The position numbers and the translations under genes are program-made. The notes beneath the pieces were generated by a model, which saw only the letters and a list, made by a program, of their open reading frames with translations, had not been told where the DNA came from and did no database searches. Source: Dehalococcoidia bacterium (GTDB lineage Bacteria; Chloroflexota; Dehalococcoidia; Lucifugimonadales; JADFKI01). From it: a stretch of 64,000 bases of DNA. The stretch is from NCBI GenBank assembly GCA_965204855.1, contig OZ242018.1, positions 304,185 to 368,184 of the forward strand. The letters are read 5' to 3'. Shown here piece after piece: positions 53,581 through 63,657 of the stretch (position 1 is its first letter; every line of letters starts with the position of its first letter).

Positions 53581-56500
53581 GTGATGAACAGTAGCAGCCA
53601 TGGCGTAGCACAATCACAACTCCTGAAAATCGGGGGGGGGGGGGTGGACTCCAAGAGAAGGCTCCAGATTCCCCTGGCCGCCGTACTCTTCGCTCTGGCG
53701 GCGTTTCTTGCCTTGTGGCAACCTGGCGCAGAAGCTGCCCCGGCGCAGCAGGCCACCGTACCGGGCGTGCCCACCAACCTCATCCTCACCTCAGACGTTG
53801 ATTCGATCACCCTCTCCTGGACGGCGCCCACTTCCGACGGTGGCTCTCCTATCACCTATTATCACATCACGTACCAGAGGGGCGATACAACAAGGGACTA
53901 TTGGACCGACACTGACGGGCCGCCCGGCAGCGACCCCCTCGCTACCACGCTCACCATTTCAGACCTCGATGTTGGCAGGTACGAAGTAACCGTAACCGCC
54001 GGAAATACAAACGGTGAAGGCGACCCCGTCACCGGCACCATCGCCACCTCCACTTACGTCACGCCCGTCATCTCCATAGTGTCCGACAGCTTAGATGAGG
54101 GTGCGACTACATCCATTGTCGTCAGAATCGATCCCGCGCCGGCCGGGGCCGTGAATTTCGATTATCAGGCCTCCAGGGAATCCGGCAACACTGCCGCAGT
54201 CGGGGACACTTTCGCTATTCAAACAGGCTTGGACATCTCCAATGAAAAGTATACAGACGGGTTCTTTGACGACTTCGAGGGAAACCAGGAGTACTCCCTT
54301 TACATAGAGATCGTACAGGACGCCATAGATGAGGACGACGAGACCTTCACGTTAACCCTGTCCAACCTGACCGGCAGCGACGCCACGTTCGAGGGCGGCA
54401 CGGGTACATTGACCAAGGTAATCACCCTCATCGACGACGACAGGGCGGCCAGCGCGCCGCAAAAGGTTCATGCTTACGAGGATGACTCCGGCCTCTGGGT
54501 GGCTTGGGACGAACCGGCCGACCTGGGGGAAGAGGATGGCGCGACGGGTTCGATCCAGTACTACGAATACCGCACCTCAACGACGAGCGGCTCCCTGGCT
54601 GTAGCGTCGTGGGATTCGACGTTCGACACCGGCACAAGCCTCCTCATCGCCAACCCGACCACCGGCAACCATTACTTTCAGGTGCGCGCAATCACCCATT
54701 ACAACGGGGCGATCGCCGGCGCAATCTCCAATGTCGCAGCCGCCACAGCCGACACCGACGTCGTGTTCGCAGTAACTACCCCCGGATTCATCGTTACCGA
54801 GGGCGAGTCCGCAGATCTCCGTGTGCGTCTGGCGACGCAACCCACGGCCAATGTCACCTTGTCCATATCTGAAAGCTCCGCAGATATCAGCTTGGACAAG
54901 TCTTCACTGACTTTCACCCCCACGGACTTCGACTCGGACGGTTCCAACGGTTTTGACGATTACCAGGCTATCAAGGTGACTGCCCGCGAGGACGACATGG
55001 ATGACGCCGACGAAGCGGCGATTATCAATTTCACAGTAACCAGTACCGACCCCAACTACGGCGGGAAGACCGTCGTGGCAAGCGTGATCATCGAGGACGA
55101 CGAGTCCACGCTGGTCCCGCCGGAGAACTTCCAGGCAACGCCGCGCGACAAGCGTATCGATGTCTCCTGGGACGCCCAGACCGGCGCCGCGTCCTACACC
55201 ATCACCTGGAGCTGCGGCAGCGCTTCAGCGCAAACCCATACCACCGCCGATGGGGATGCTACGACCTACACCATTCCCGGCCTGACCAACGGCACCGAGT
55301 GCTCCGTCTCCATGCGAGCCAACGGCACTGAAGTGGACGGCGGCACCTTCGACAGCGCCTCGACTGCCAGCATGACCGCCACACCGCTCCCACTCGTCGT
55401 AGTTACCCCAACTGTCCTGTCCTTGAACGAGAACCTTTCGCACACGGACAACACCGGCGAGTACACCATCGTCCTGACGCAAGAGCCGACGAACACCGTA
55501 TTCATACTGGTAAATAACCCCGATTCCTCCAAGTTGGACATCAGCGCCGGATCATCCGGCGAGCTGACCTTCACGCCCAGCGACTACGACCAGCCGCAAA
55601 CTGTCTCCGTTTTTGCGCTACAGGACGACGATCCGGTGGACGACACCCTCACCGTGACGAACACCGTATCCCACAGCTCTGACCCCGCATACAGCGGCCT
55701 CGTCATTGACAGCGTTACAGTAACGGTGACCGACAAAGACCATGCCGCGATTGATACATCGCCGTCGTCGCTGGACGTGACCGAGGGGAACCAGGATACC
55801 TTCAATGTCTTTTTGTCGTCCAAGCCGGCGGGCAACATCGTCGTCAACGCAGTTAGCGCCGATACTGACACGGTTACCGTAAGCCCGGATAAGCACACCA
55901 TCGCGCCGGACGATTACTTCAGTGGAGTCGATTTCACCGTAACAGCGCAGCAGGACTCCGACGGGTCGGACGCAACCGTTCAAATTACGTTCAGCATAAA
56001 CACCGGCGAGTCTGTGGATAAGAACTACCCCGCTCCCAACATCATCCGGGCGGTCAACGTATTCGACGACGACACGCGGGGCGTCACCCTTGCCTACGTC
56101 ACTTATCCAGACGTGAATGAGAACGGGGGCACGGCTACCTACACCCTCGTGCTCGATACTAAGCCGACGGGTCCTGTGACCATCAGGCCGCAAAGCTCTG
56201 ACGTCAGCAGTGCTACGGTGATGCCGTCATCGCTGACCTTCGATGCCTCAAATTGGGACGACCCTCAGACCGTTGCCGTCACCGGCGTCAACGACAACAT
56301 CGACAACAGCAACGACTTCCGCAGCGCAATCATCACCCACAGTGTCAGCGGCGGCGATTACGGCGAAGTGGACACATCAGCGTCGGATCTGTTCATTAGC
56401 GTGAACGACGACGACACCCGGGGAGTTACGGTTACGGCCACTGATCCGTTGGAAGTGCCGGAGAGCGGCTCGGCCCAATATACCGTCGTGCTGAACACAC

Positions 56501-59500
56501 AACCCACCGGTACGGTTACGGTTACGCCGGAAGTTGACGGCAACAGCGCCGACCCCGGCTCGGTCACCGTGTCCGGCCCGCTGACCTTCGATGCCTCGAA
56601 TTGGAGCGACCCGCAGACCGTTAACGTTACCGGCGTCAACGACAATATCGACAACGCCGGCGAGATGCGTGAAGCCACCGTCACCCACACGGTGAGCGGC
56701 GCCGACTATGCGTCTGAGTCGGCCGATAGCGTGAATCTGCACGTTACTGACGACGACGATGACCCCACGGTTGGCCTGGTTTTGAACCCGGACAACATCA
56801 GCGAATCCTCACCGGGCAACGTCGCCACCGTAACGGCCACGCTGAGCCATCCCTCCGACGCCGCAACCACCATCACCGTGACGACAATGCCGGCAGCGGG
56901 TGATTTCGCCCTCAGCTCCACCCCGACGTTGACCATCGCCGCCGGCGCAACCACCAGCACAGGCACGGTTACCATCATGGCCCGAGACGACGCCGACAGC
57001 GTTGCGGATGTCGTCAGCGTTGGGGCTACCGTGGTCAATACTGAGGGATTTGTGGCGCCCGCTGCCAGAACACTCACCATCACCGACGATGATTCGGCCG
57101 GCGTAACGGTCAGCGCCGCCGACCCGTTCGCGGTTCCTGAGGGCATGGGGGCGGACTACACCGTCCAGTTGGTCAGCCAACCCACCGGCAACGTGGTCAT
57201 TAACATCGGCGTAACCGGCAGCAGCGACGTTTCGACCACCCGGAACCAACTCTTGTTTGACGCGTCGAATTGGAGCGACCCGCAGACCGTAACCGTAAAC
57301 GCCTCCGATGACCAGGATGCGGTAGCGGACACGGCAACCATCACCCACACCATCGACCAAGGGGCAACCGTCAGCGAGTACGACGGCGTCAGTGTCCAGA
57401 ACATCAGCGTCCAGGTGACGGAGAACGATTTCCGGGGCATCGTCATTGACACCGACAGCGTGATGAGTGGCGTCCAAACCACACCCATCACCATCGCCGA
57501 GGCCGACGGCGAAGGCGCGGACTACTCCATCCGGTTGGAGAGCCAACCCACCGCGACGGTAACCATCAGCGTCCGAAGCTCCGACACCAGCATTGCCCGA
57601 GTGACACCGGGCAGCCTCAGGTTCACGCCTACCAATTGGAGCGACCGCCAGGAATTCACCGTCCACCCCGTGCCGAACGACATCGACGACCCGGGCGACA
57701 GGCGCACCGCCACTTTCAGCCACACCGTGTCCGGCGGCGACTACGCCGGCGATACGGCCGCCTCAGTAACCGTGGACGTAACCGACGACGACACCCGGGG
57801 CATATCGGTGGACACCGACGGTGTACTGAGTGGTGTCCAATCCACGCCCATCACCGTCGTCGAGAACGCAACGGCCATCTACACCGTGGTTCTCACCAGC
57901 CAGCCCACCGGGACCGTAACGGTCACCCCCAACAGCCTCAGTCCAGACGTTGCCACAGTCAGCCCCGCGTCCCTGCGTTTCACGTCAGGAAACTGGAGCC
58001 AGGCTAGGACCGTCACTGTAAGGCCCGTCAACGACGACAAAGACAACGCCGGCGAGAAACGCACGGCAACCCTTAGGAACGATGTAGCAGCTCCTGGCTC
58101 TGACTATGTGTCGGTCTCCGCCTCCAGCGTGACAGTGGACGTTACCGACGATGAGGATGACCCCACCGTTTCCCTGGCGGTTGCCCCGTCCGCCATCGTT
58201 GAGAACGGAGAGGCCGCTCTGATAACTGCCACACAGAGCATCGTCTCGGACGCTGATACCATCGTTACCGTTACTGCAACGCCGGATGTCGAGAATTTCA
58301 ACGTGGATTTCGAACTTCTCGGAACAACCCTGACTATTCCCGCCGGACAGACCGGCAGCGTGGGTCTCGTGTCCATCCGGGCGCGCCGGGACGCCAACAC
58401 CGCCGACTACACGGTGGCAATTTCCGGCAATGCGGACAACATAGAAGGCGTCAATGATCCGGCTGACGTACAGGTTACCGTCGGTGAGGAAGCCGAGCCC
58501 GGCGCCACGCTGTTCCCCGCCGACCTCCTCACAGTCGAAGAGGGTTCTACCTCCATCTACACGCTGGTCCTGAACCGGGAACCCCTGGGCGACGTGGTAA
58601 TCCAGGCGCGCGTCACCGGCAACAGCGACGTCACGATTGATACCGACGAGATTATGAACGGCAACCAGGACACGCTGACCTTCACGCTGGAGAACTACCG
58701 CGACCCCCAGATCGTAACCGTCCGGGCCGCCTCGGATGATGACGCAGCGAATGATACGGCCTCCGTGACCCACAGCGTCGTCGCCTCCCAAAGCTCCAAC
58801 GAGTACGACAGCGTTGCCATCGCCGCTTTGAACGTGAGGATAAACGACGACGAGACCGCTGGGGTAACCGTCACTGAAAGCAATTTGCGCATCGAAGAGG
58901 GCCGCAGCGATACATACACCGTCCGGCTGAACACGCCACCCGTGGGCAATGTCCGCATCGCCGTCTTCAGCAACCATGATTACATAACCGTCAGCCCCAG
59001 TGCGTTCACACTCACCCGGAGCAACTGGCAGCGAGGGCAGACCGTAACCGTCCGCTCCCGAAACGACGACGAGGCCCTGCCGGTGTCGGCCAGGCTTACC
59101 CATACCATCGACGCCGATGCTACCACTGCCGACGAGTACGACGGCAAATACGTCGCACGCGTGGACGTGGACGTCATCGACGATGAGTCGCCGGTGGACT
59201 ACGACCGCGAAAACAATGGCCGCATCGACATCACCACGAGGGAGCAGCTGAACGCCATCCGCTGGGACCTGGACGGCGACGGAGAGGCGGACGACGCGAA
59301 CAACGACAGCCGCTACGCTGCCGCCTTCCCGCGCATCATGGAGAACATGTGCGACGAGGACTTCACCGAAACTGCAATTGGCGGCGACCCCGGCAACTGC
59401 ACGGGATACGAGCTGGCCAACGACATCACCCTGTCGGGCAGCTGGACGCCCATCGGTGGCAACCAGGATGACGAGGACTTCTCCGATCCCGCGGAGTACG

Positions 59501-62500
59501 ACGCCGAGTTTGACGGCAACGGCTACACCATCAGCAACCTGAGCATCAGCCGGGGCGACCGGATCAACGTGGGGCTGTTCGGTGCGGTCGGCGACGGAGC
59601 CGAAATCCGCGAAGTTGGCGTGGTGAAAGCCAACGTGCGCGGCTTTGCCCATGTGGGCGCGCTGGCGGGCCGCAACAACGGCACGATTTTGGGCGCATGG
59701 TCAAACGGCCATGTGTCAGGCAACGCGTTCGCGGGCGGCCTGGTGGGCTGGAACATGAAAGGCAGCACCGTCGAGCGGAGCTTCTCCAAGGCCGAAGTGA
59801 CCGGCTTCAACTCCTCTGACCAGGGCGGTCCCCTCTGGTCCACGCGGATCGCCGGATTGGTGGGTGGAAACTACGGCACGATAGCGAACACCTACGCTAC
59901 GGGCAGCGTGCGGGGCAGGGGCCATGTCGCCGGCCTGACCGGGGAAAACAGCCACAGCAAAGGCATCAGTAACGGCGTCAGCAACGACATCAGCAACAGC
60001 TACTCCATAGGCGCGGTGTCCACCGAAGAGGACTGGCCCTTCGTGGGCGGCCTGGTCGGCTGGCAGACGGCTACGGTGACCAGCAGCTACTGGGACACCG
60101 AGGCCTCGGGTCAAAGCGAAGGTTACAGCCAGGGCGAACCTTCCGGCGCTGTCGGCAAGACCAAAACCGAGCTGCAAGCGCCCACCGGCCCTGACGCCGA
60201 CACTGACGGCGACGGCAACCCCGACACCTACGTCGGCTGGAGCGCAAGCGTCTGGAACTTCAGGGATGACGACAAGTACCCCTGCCTGATAGATGTGGGA
60301 GATTGCCCAGCGCCAACCGCGACGCAGCCGGAGCCGCCGGACTCCACGCTACAGCCGGTCCTGGCAATGCGGGCAAGCGTAACGGTTGACGCCATCGACC
60401 CGGTGGAGCTGGCGGAAGGCGGCTCGGCCACCTATGAGATGTATCTGGACGGCCAGCCCACCGACAACGTGACCATCACGATGAGCAGCGACAACGGCGA
60501 CATCACGCTGGAGCCGTCGTTCCTGACCTTCACGCGTGACAACTGGCACACGGCGCAGTCCGTAACCGTCCGCGTGGCACAAGACGACGACGCGGCGAAC
60601 GACACCGCGACCGTCAGACACGCGGTCGGCGGTGCCCACGAGTACGCCGGCATCACGGTTGACACCGTTGCCGTTGCCGTATCCGACGACGACACTGCCA
60701 GCATAACGGTGCAGCCGACCAGCCTCACCCTGCCGGAGGGCTTCACCGGCTCCTACTCGATATCGCTGTCCCACCGGCCCGTCGGCGAGGTGCGAATCTT
60801 CATGCTCAGCGACAACCCCGACGTTGTGCCGTACCCGGACCCGATCATCTTCACCCCGGACAACTGGCAGACGGAACAACTGGTAGGGGTCCCGGCGGCA
60901 CACGACGACGACGTGGCGGACGATGAAGCCTTCATCACCCACGGAATCCTAGCCGCCACCGGGTCCGGGTACACCAGCGCGACGGTGGCATCCGTAGTTG
61001 TGTCCATAACCGACGACGACGAACCCGCCGCTCCGGGCGTCACGGTGTCCGCCGCCGACCCGGTAACGGTTGCGGAGGGCGGTTCAGCCACCTACCAGGT
61101 GTCGCTGGACGCGCCGCCCACAGGCGATGTAACCATCACCGCGAGCAGCGACAACGGCGACGTTACGGCGCAGCCGGCCAGCCTCACATTCAACCCGGAC
61201 AACTGGCAGAACGCGCAGACCGTAACCGTCAGCGCGGCCCATGACAACGATGCGGTTGACGATACCGCTGCCGTCAGCCACGCCGTCAGCGGCGGCAACT
61301 ACGACGGGGTGGCGGCGGCATCCGTAACCGTCAGCATCGACGATGACGACAGTGCCGGCGTTACGGTGGAGCCGTTGACCCTCATGGTTATCGAGGGCGG
61401 CGACAGTGCGTCCTACACGGTGGTTCTGGATACCGAACCCAGCGCCAATGTGGTAATCGACGTGAGCAGCGACAGCGCCGACGTAAGCACGCAGCCGACC
61501 GAGTTGACCTTCACCACCGGCGACTGGCAGACCGCGCAGACCGTGACCGTCAGCGTCGGACAGGATGACGACAGCGACCCGGACAGGGCAACCGTCAGCC
61601 ACGAGGTCAGCGGCGCAGCCGAGTACGACGGTATCGACGCAGCCGGTGTAACCGTACTCATAAGCGACGACGATCCGATCACCCTGCCCGCCACCGATGC
61701 AGGGAGTGTAACGGTGGAGCCGTTGACCCTCGACATAACCGAGGGCGGCGACGGCGCGTCCTACACGGTGTCGCTGGACGTCGAACCCAGCGCCAATGTG
61801 GTCATAGACGTAAGCAGCGACAACGCCGACGTAAGCACGCAGCCGGCCAGCCTCACCTTCACCACCGGAGACTGGCAGACCGCGCAGACCGTGACCGTAA
61901 GCGCCGGAAAGGACGACGACAGCGACGACGAGACGGCAACCGTCAGTCACCAGGTCAGCGGCGGCAACTACGACGGCGTAACGGCTGCATCGGTAGCCGT
62001 CAGCGTAACCGACGACGACCAGGAAACGGAGGAACCCGTCGCCGAAACCGACCCCAACCGGGCGGCACTGGAGGCGTTCTACAATGCCACGGGCGGCGCA
62101 AGCTGGACCAACAACGCCAACTGGCTGAGCAATAGGCCGCTGTCCGAGTGGCACGGCGTAACCACCAACGGGCATGGCGAGGTAACCACCATAGTCCTCG
62201 ACGGGAACAACCTCACCGGCAGCCTGCCCGCCGAGCTAGGCAACCTGGGTAGCCTCACACGTCTCGCGCTGAACCGCAACGGCCTCAGCGGCGCCATCCC
62301 GTCGCAACTGGGCAGCCTGCCCAACCTGAGCATCATCGGCCTGGCACGCAACCAGTTGAGTGGGTCGCTACCTGCGAGCCTGGGCAACCTGCCGCTCACG
62401 CGGCTGTCGCTCCACGACAACACAGAGTTGAGCGGACCGCTGCCGTCCGGCTTCACCAGCATGGGCAGCCTGCAACGCCTAGCCATCGCCAACACCGGCA

Positions 62501-62595
62501 TCTGCATCCCCGCAGGCGACGCCTTCACCAACTGGCTGGCGACGGTGCCCGACAAGCCGGGGATCGACGGACTGACCACCTGCGCCTCACCATAA
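53581..62595 (+). CDS. Giant secreted protein (3004 aa): FN3, Calx-beta-like and related beta-sandwich repeats, GLUG-motif region, C-terminal plant-type LRR
   Basis: FN3 (VPGVPTNLILTSDVDSITLSWTAP). A Calx-beta-like first module. At least a dozen modules carry ...TF(T/D)xxNWxxxQTVTV...DD.D signatures. The GLUG-like stretch includes FAGGLVGWN, IAGLVGGNYG and FVGGLVGWQ. The C-terminus has LTGSLPAELGNLGSL LRRs. The true start may be GTG at 53644. Confidence 0.9.
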   Translation: MMNSSSHGVAQSQLLKIGGGGVDSKRRLQIPLAAVLFALAAFLALWQPGAEAAPAQQATVPGVPTNLILTSDVDSITLSWTAPTSDGGSPITYYHITYQRGDTTRDYWTDTDGPPGSDPLATTLTISDLDVGRYEVTVTAGNTNGEGDPVTGTIATSTYVTPVISIVSDSLDEGATTSIVVRIDPAPAGAVNFDYQASRESGNTAAVGDTFAIQTGLDISNEKYTDGFFDDFEGNQEYSLYIEIVQDAIDEDDETFTLTLSNLTGSDATFEGGTGTLTKVITLIDDDRAASAPQKVHAYEDDSGLWVAWDEPADLGEEDGATGSIQYYEYRTSTTSGSLAVASWDSTFDTGTSLLIANPTTGNHYFQVRAITHYNGAIAGAISNVAAATADTDVVFAVTTPGFIVTEGESADLRVRLATQPTANVTLSISESSADISLDKSSLTFTPTDFDSDGSNGFDDYQAIKVTAREDDMDDADEAAIINFTVTSTDPNYGGKTVVASVIIEDDESTLVPPENFQATPRDKRIDVSWDAQTGAASYTITWSCGSASAQTHTTADGDATTYTIPGLTNGTECSVSMRANGTEVDGGTFDSASTASMTATPLPLVVVTPTVLSLNENLSHTDNTGEYTIVLTQEPTNTVFILVNNPDSSKLDISAGSSGELTFTPSDYDQPQTVSVFALQDDDPVDDTLTVTNTVSHSSDPAYSGLVIDSVTVTVTDKDHAAIDTSPSSLDVTEGNQDTFNVFLSSKPAGNIVVNAVSADTDTVTVSPDKHTIAPDDYFSGVDFTVTAQQDSDGSDATVQITFSINTGESVDKNYPAPNIIRAVNVFDDDTRGVTLAYVTYPDVNENGGTATYTLVLDTKPTGPVTIRPQSSDVSSATVMPSSLTFDASNWDDPQTVAVTGVNDNIDNSNDFRSAIITHSVSGGDYGEVDTSASDLFISVNDDDTRGVTVTATDPLEVPESGSAQYTVVLNTQPTGTVTVTPEVDGNSADPGSVTVSGPLTFDASNWSDPQTVNVTGVNDNIDNAGEMREATVTHTVSGADYASESADSVNLHVTDDDDDPTVGLVLNPDNISESSPGNVATVTATLSHPSDAATTITVTTMPAAGDFALSSTPTLTIAAGATTSTGTVTIMARDDADSVADVVSVGATVVNTEGFVAPAARTLTITDDDSAGVTVSAADPFAVPEGMGADYTVQLVSQPTGNVVINIGVTGSSDVSTTRNQLLFDASNWSDPQTVTVNASDDQDAVADTATITHTIDQGATVSEYDGVSVQNISVQVTENDFRGIVIDTDSVMSGVQTTPITIAEADGEGADYSIRLESQPTATVTISVRSSDTSIARVTPGSLRFTPTNWSDRQEFTVHPVPNDIDDPGDRRTATFSHTVSGGDYAGDTAASVTVDVTDDDTRGISVDTDGVLSGVQSTPITVVENATAIYTVVLTSQPTGTVTVTPNSLSPDVATVSPASLRFTSGNWSQARTVTVRPVNDDKDNAGEKRTATLRNDVAAPGSDYVSVSASSVTVDVTDDEDDPTVSLAVAPSAIVENGEAALITATQSIVSDADTIVTVTATPDVENFNVDFELLGTTLTIPAGQTGSVGLVSIRARRDANTADYTVAISGNADNIEGVNDPADVQVTVGEEAEPGATLFPADLLTVEEGSTSIYTLVLNREPLGDVVIQARVTGNSDVTIDTDEIMNGNQDTLTFTLENYRDPQIVTVRAASDDDAANDTASVTHSVVASQSSNEYDSVAIAALNVRINDDETAGVTVTESNLRIEEGRSDTYTVRLNTPPVGNVRIAVFSNHDYITVSPSAFTLTRSNWQRGQTVTVRSRNDDEALPVSARLTHTIDADATTADEYDGKYVARVDVDVIDDESPVDYDRENNGRIDITTREQLNAIRWDLDGDGEADDANNDSRYAAAFPRIMENMCDEDFTETAIGGDPGNCTGYELANDITLSGSWTPIGGNQDDEDFSDPAEYDAEFDGNGYTISNLSISRGDRINVGLFGAVGDGAEIREVGVVKANVRGFAHVGALAGRNNGTILGAWSNGHVSGNAFAGGLVGWNMKGSTVERSFSKAEVTGFNSSDQGGPLWSTRIAGLVGGNYGTIANTYATGSVRGRGHVAGLTGENSHSKGISNGVSNDISNSYSIGAVSTEEDWPFVGGLVGWQTATVTSSYWDTEASGQSEGYSQGEPSGAVGKTKTELQAPTGPDADTDGDGNPDTYVGWSASVWNFRDDDKYPCLIDVGDCPAPTATQPEPPDSTLQPVLAMRASVTVDAIDPVELAEGGSATYEMYLDGQPTDNVTITMSSDNGDITLEPSFLTFTRDNWHTAQSVTVRVAQDDDAANDTATVRHAVGGAHEYAGITVDTVAVAVSDDDTASITVQPTSLTLPEGFTGSYSISLSHRPVGEVRIFMLSDNPDVVPYPDPIIFTPDNWQTEQLVGVPAAHDDDVADDEAFITHGILAATGSGYTSATVASVVVSITDDDEPAAPGVTVSAADPVTVAEGGSATYQVSLDAPPTGDVTITASSDNGDVTAQPASLTFNPDNWQNAQTVTVSAAHDNDAVDDTAAVSHAVSGGNYDGVAAASVTVSIDDDDSAGVTVEPLTLMVIEGGDSASYTVVLDTEPSANVVIDVSSDSADVSTQPTELTFTTGDWQTAQTVTVSVGQDDDSDPDRATVSHEVSGAAEYDGIDAAGVTVLISDDDPITLPATDAGSVTVEPLTLDITEGGDGASYTVSLDVEPSANVVIDVSSDNADVSTQPASLTFTTGDWQTAQTVTVSAGKDDDSDDETATVSHQVSGGNYDGVTAASVAVSVTDDDQETEEPVAETDPNRAALEAFYNATGGASWTNNANWLSNRPLSEWHGVTTNGHGEVTTIVLDGNNLTGSLPAELGNLGSLTRLALNRNGLSGAIPSQLGSLPNLSIIGLARNQLSGSLPASLGNLPLTRLSLHDNTELSGPLPSGFTSMGSLQRLAIANTGICIPAGDAFTNWLATVPDKPGIDGLTTCASP
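53632..53644 (+). repeat. G13 homopolymer at the 5' end of the 3004-aa gene
   Basis: Thirteen consecutive G counted directly. Read as GGGG plus the first base of GTG in the track ORF. GTG at 53644 begins a canonical signal peptide (VDSKRRLQIPLAAVLFALAAFLALWQPGAEA). Confidence 0.95.
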
Positions 62596-62823
62596 GCGAG
62601 GCAGGACAACAGAGCCGGTAGGGAACCACCCCGCCGGCTCCAAATCAGAGGATGAACCTTCCTGCCGCGCCACCGCGCCACCTGCCAGTGACGCTCGTGG
62701 TAGGAAGACCCGCGCACGGCAGGGTCGTGCTGCGCGACGCTATCGCGGCTTACCGGCCACAGCGCTTCCAAGTGACACGGAGAGCCTGTGTCGTTGCTGC
62801 GACCACTTATCGAGAAGGAGATT

Positions 62824-63657
62824 ATGAACACTCAAAATGTAGTGAACCTGTTTCTGGAGAGCCGCCGATCCAAGCAGCTCTCGAAAGTCACCATAGACAC
62901 CTACGGCTGGGCGCTCGCCAAGATGGCCGAGATGTTCCCGGGAGAACTGCCGGAGAATACATCCGACATTCAGCGACTGCTCATCGAAAACTCCGACCTG
63001 TCGGCTTCGTCGCTGCTGACTATCTGGAACAGGCTTCGTATCTTCTGGTCGTGGGCGGAGAAAGAAGGCTTCTGCTCCAATGTCATGGAAAGTGTTCCCG
63101 CCCCGGTGATGAGGCGCAAGCTGCCTCGCGTGCTCAGATCTGGCGAGATCCGACAGCTCCTGGGCTCTGTGGATGTCGAACGCGATTACGCCATACTTGC
63201 AGTGCTGCTGGACACGGGGATGCGAATCGGGGAGCTCGCGTCGATGACGCGAGCGTGCGTCAGCTCGGAGGGAGTGCTCATATCGGGCAAGACTGGGGAC
63301 AGGACCGTGCCCATGTCGCCGAGTGTAGTTGAGCTGGTGAGCAGGCAGGGAGACGAGCACGGCCTGTGGACCGGGACCCAGGGCCGGCTGACGGACTGGG
63401 GCCTACAGCAGATAGTGAGGCGAAACATGCGAAAGGCGGGTTTCGAGCCACCCAAGATAGGACCGCACACATTGCGGCACACATTCGGGATGCATTACAT
63501 ACTGAACGGCGGGGATGTGTTCTCGCTGCAGCGGATAATGGGACACAAGAGGTTGACGACGACGATGATATACGTGGACATGTCCACAGAGCTTGTGGCA
63601 CAGCAGCACCGCAAGTATTCGCCGATGGCGGGTATCGCGCACGCTCGCGAGTGGTAG
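62824..63657 (+). CDS. Tyrosine recombinase/integrase (XerC/D-like)
   Basis: DTGMRIGEL (catalytic Arg), HTLRHTF (HxxR) and GHKRLTTTMIYV (His...Tyr). ATG at 62824 with GAAGGAG 4 nt upstream. Confidence 0.88.
   Translation: MNTQNVVNLFLESRRSKQLSKVTIDTYGWALAKMAEMFPGELPENTSDIQRLLIENSDLSASSLLTIWNRLRIFWSWAEKEGFCSNVMESVPAPVMRRKLPRVLRSGEIRQLLGSVDVERDYAILAVLLDTGMRIGELASMTRACVSSEGVLISGKTGDRTVPMSPSVVELVSRQGDEHGLWTGTQGRLTDWGLQQIVRRNMRKAGFEPPKIGPHTLRHTFGMHYILNGGDVFSLQRIMGHKRLTTTMIYVDMSTELVAQQHRKYSPMAGIAHAREW

Noticed and set aside
51029-62175. Minus-strand ORFs inside the two giant genes (for example 51827-52885, 57985-59652 at 555 aa, 60349-60942, 61084-62175)
   Set aside because: They are antisense shadows: Gly/Arg/Val/Asp-rich and domain-free. 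They overlap a continuous 9-kb plus-strand ORF with coherent domain repeats.
62652-63360. ORFs 62652-63332 (plus, other frame) and 62740-63360 (minus) overlapping the integrase gene
   Set aside because: No motifs. The integrase frame carries the full tyrosine-recombinase catalytic signature and a strong SD.
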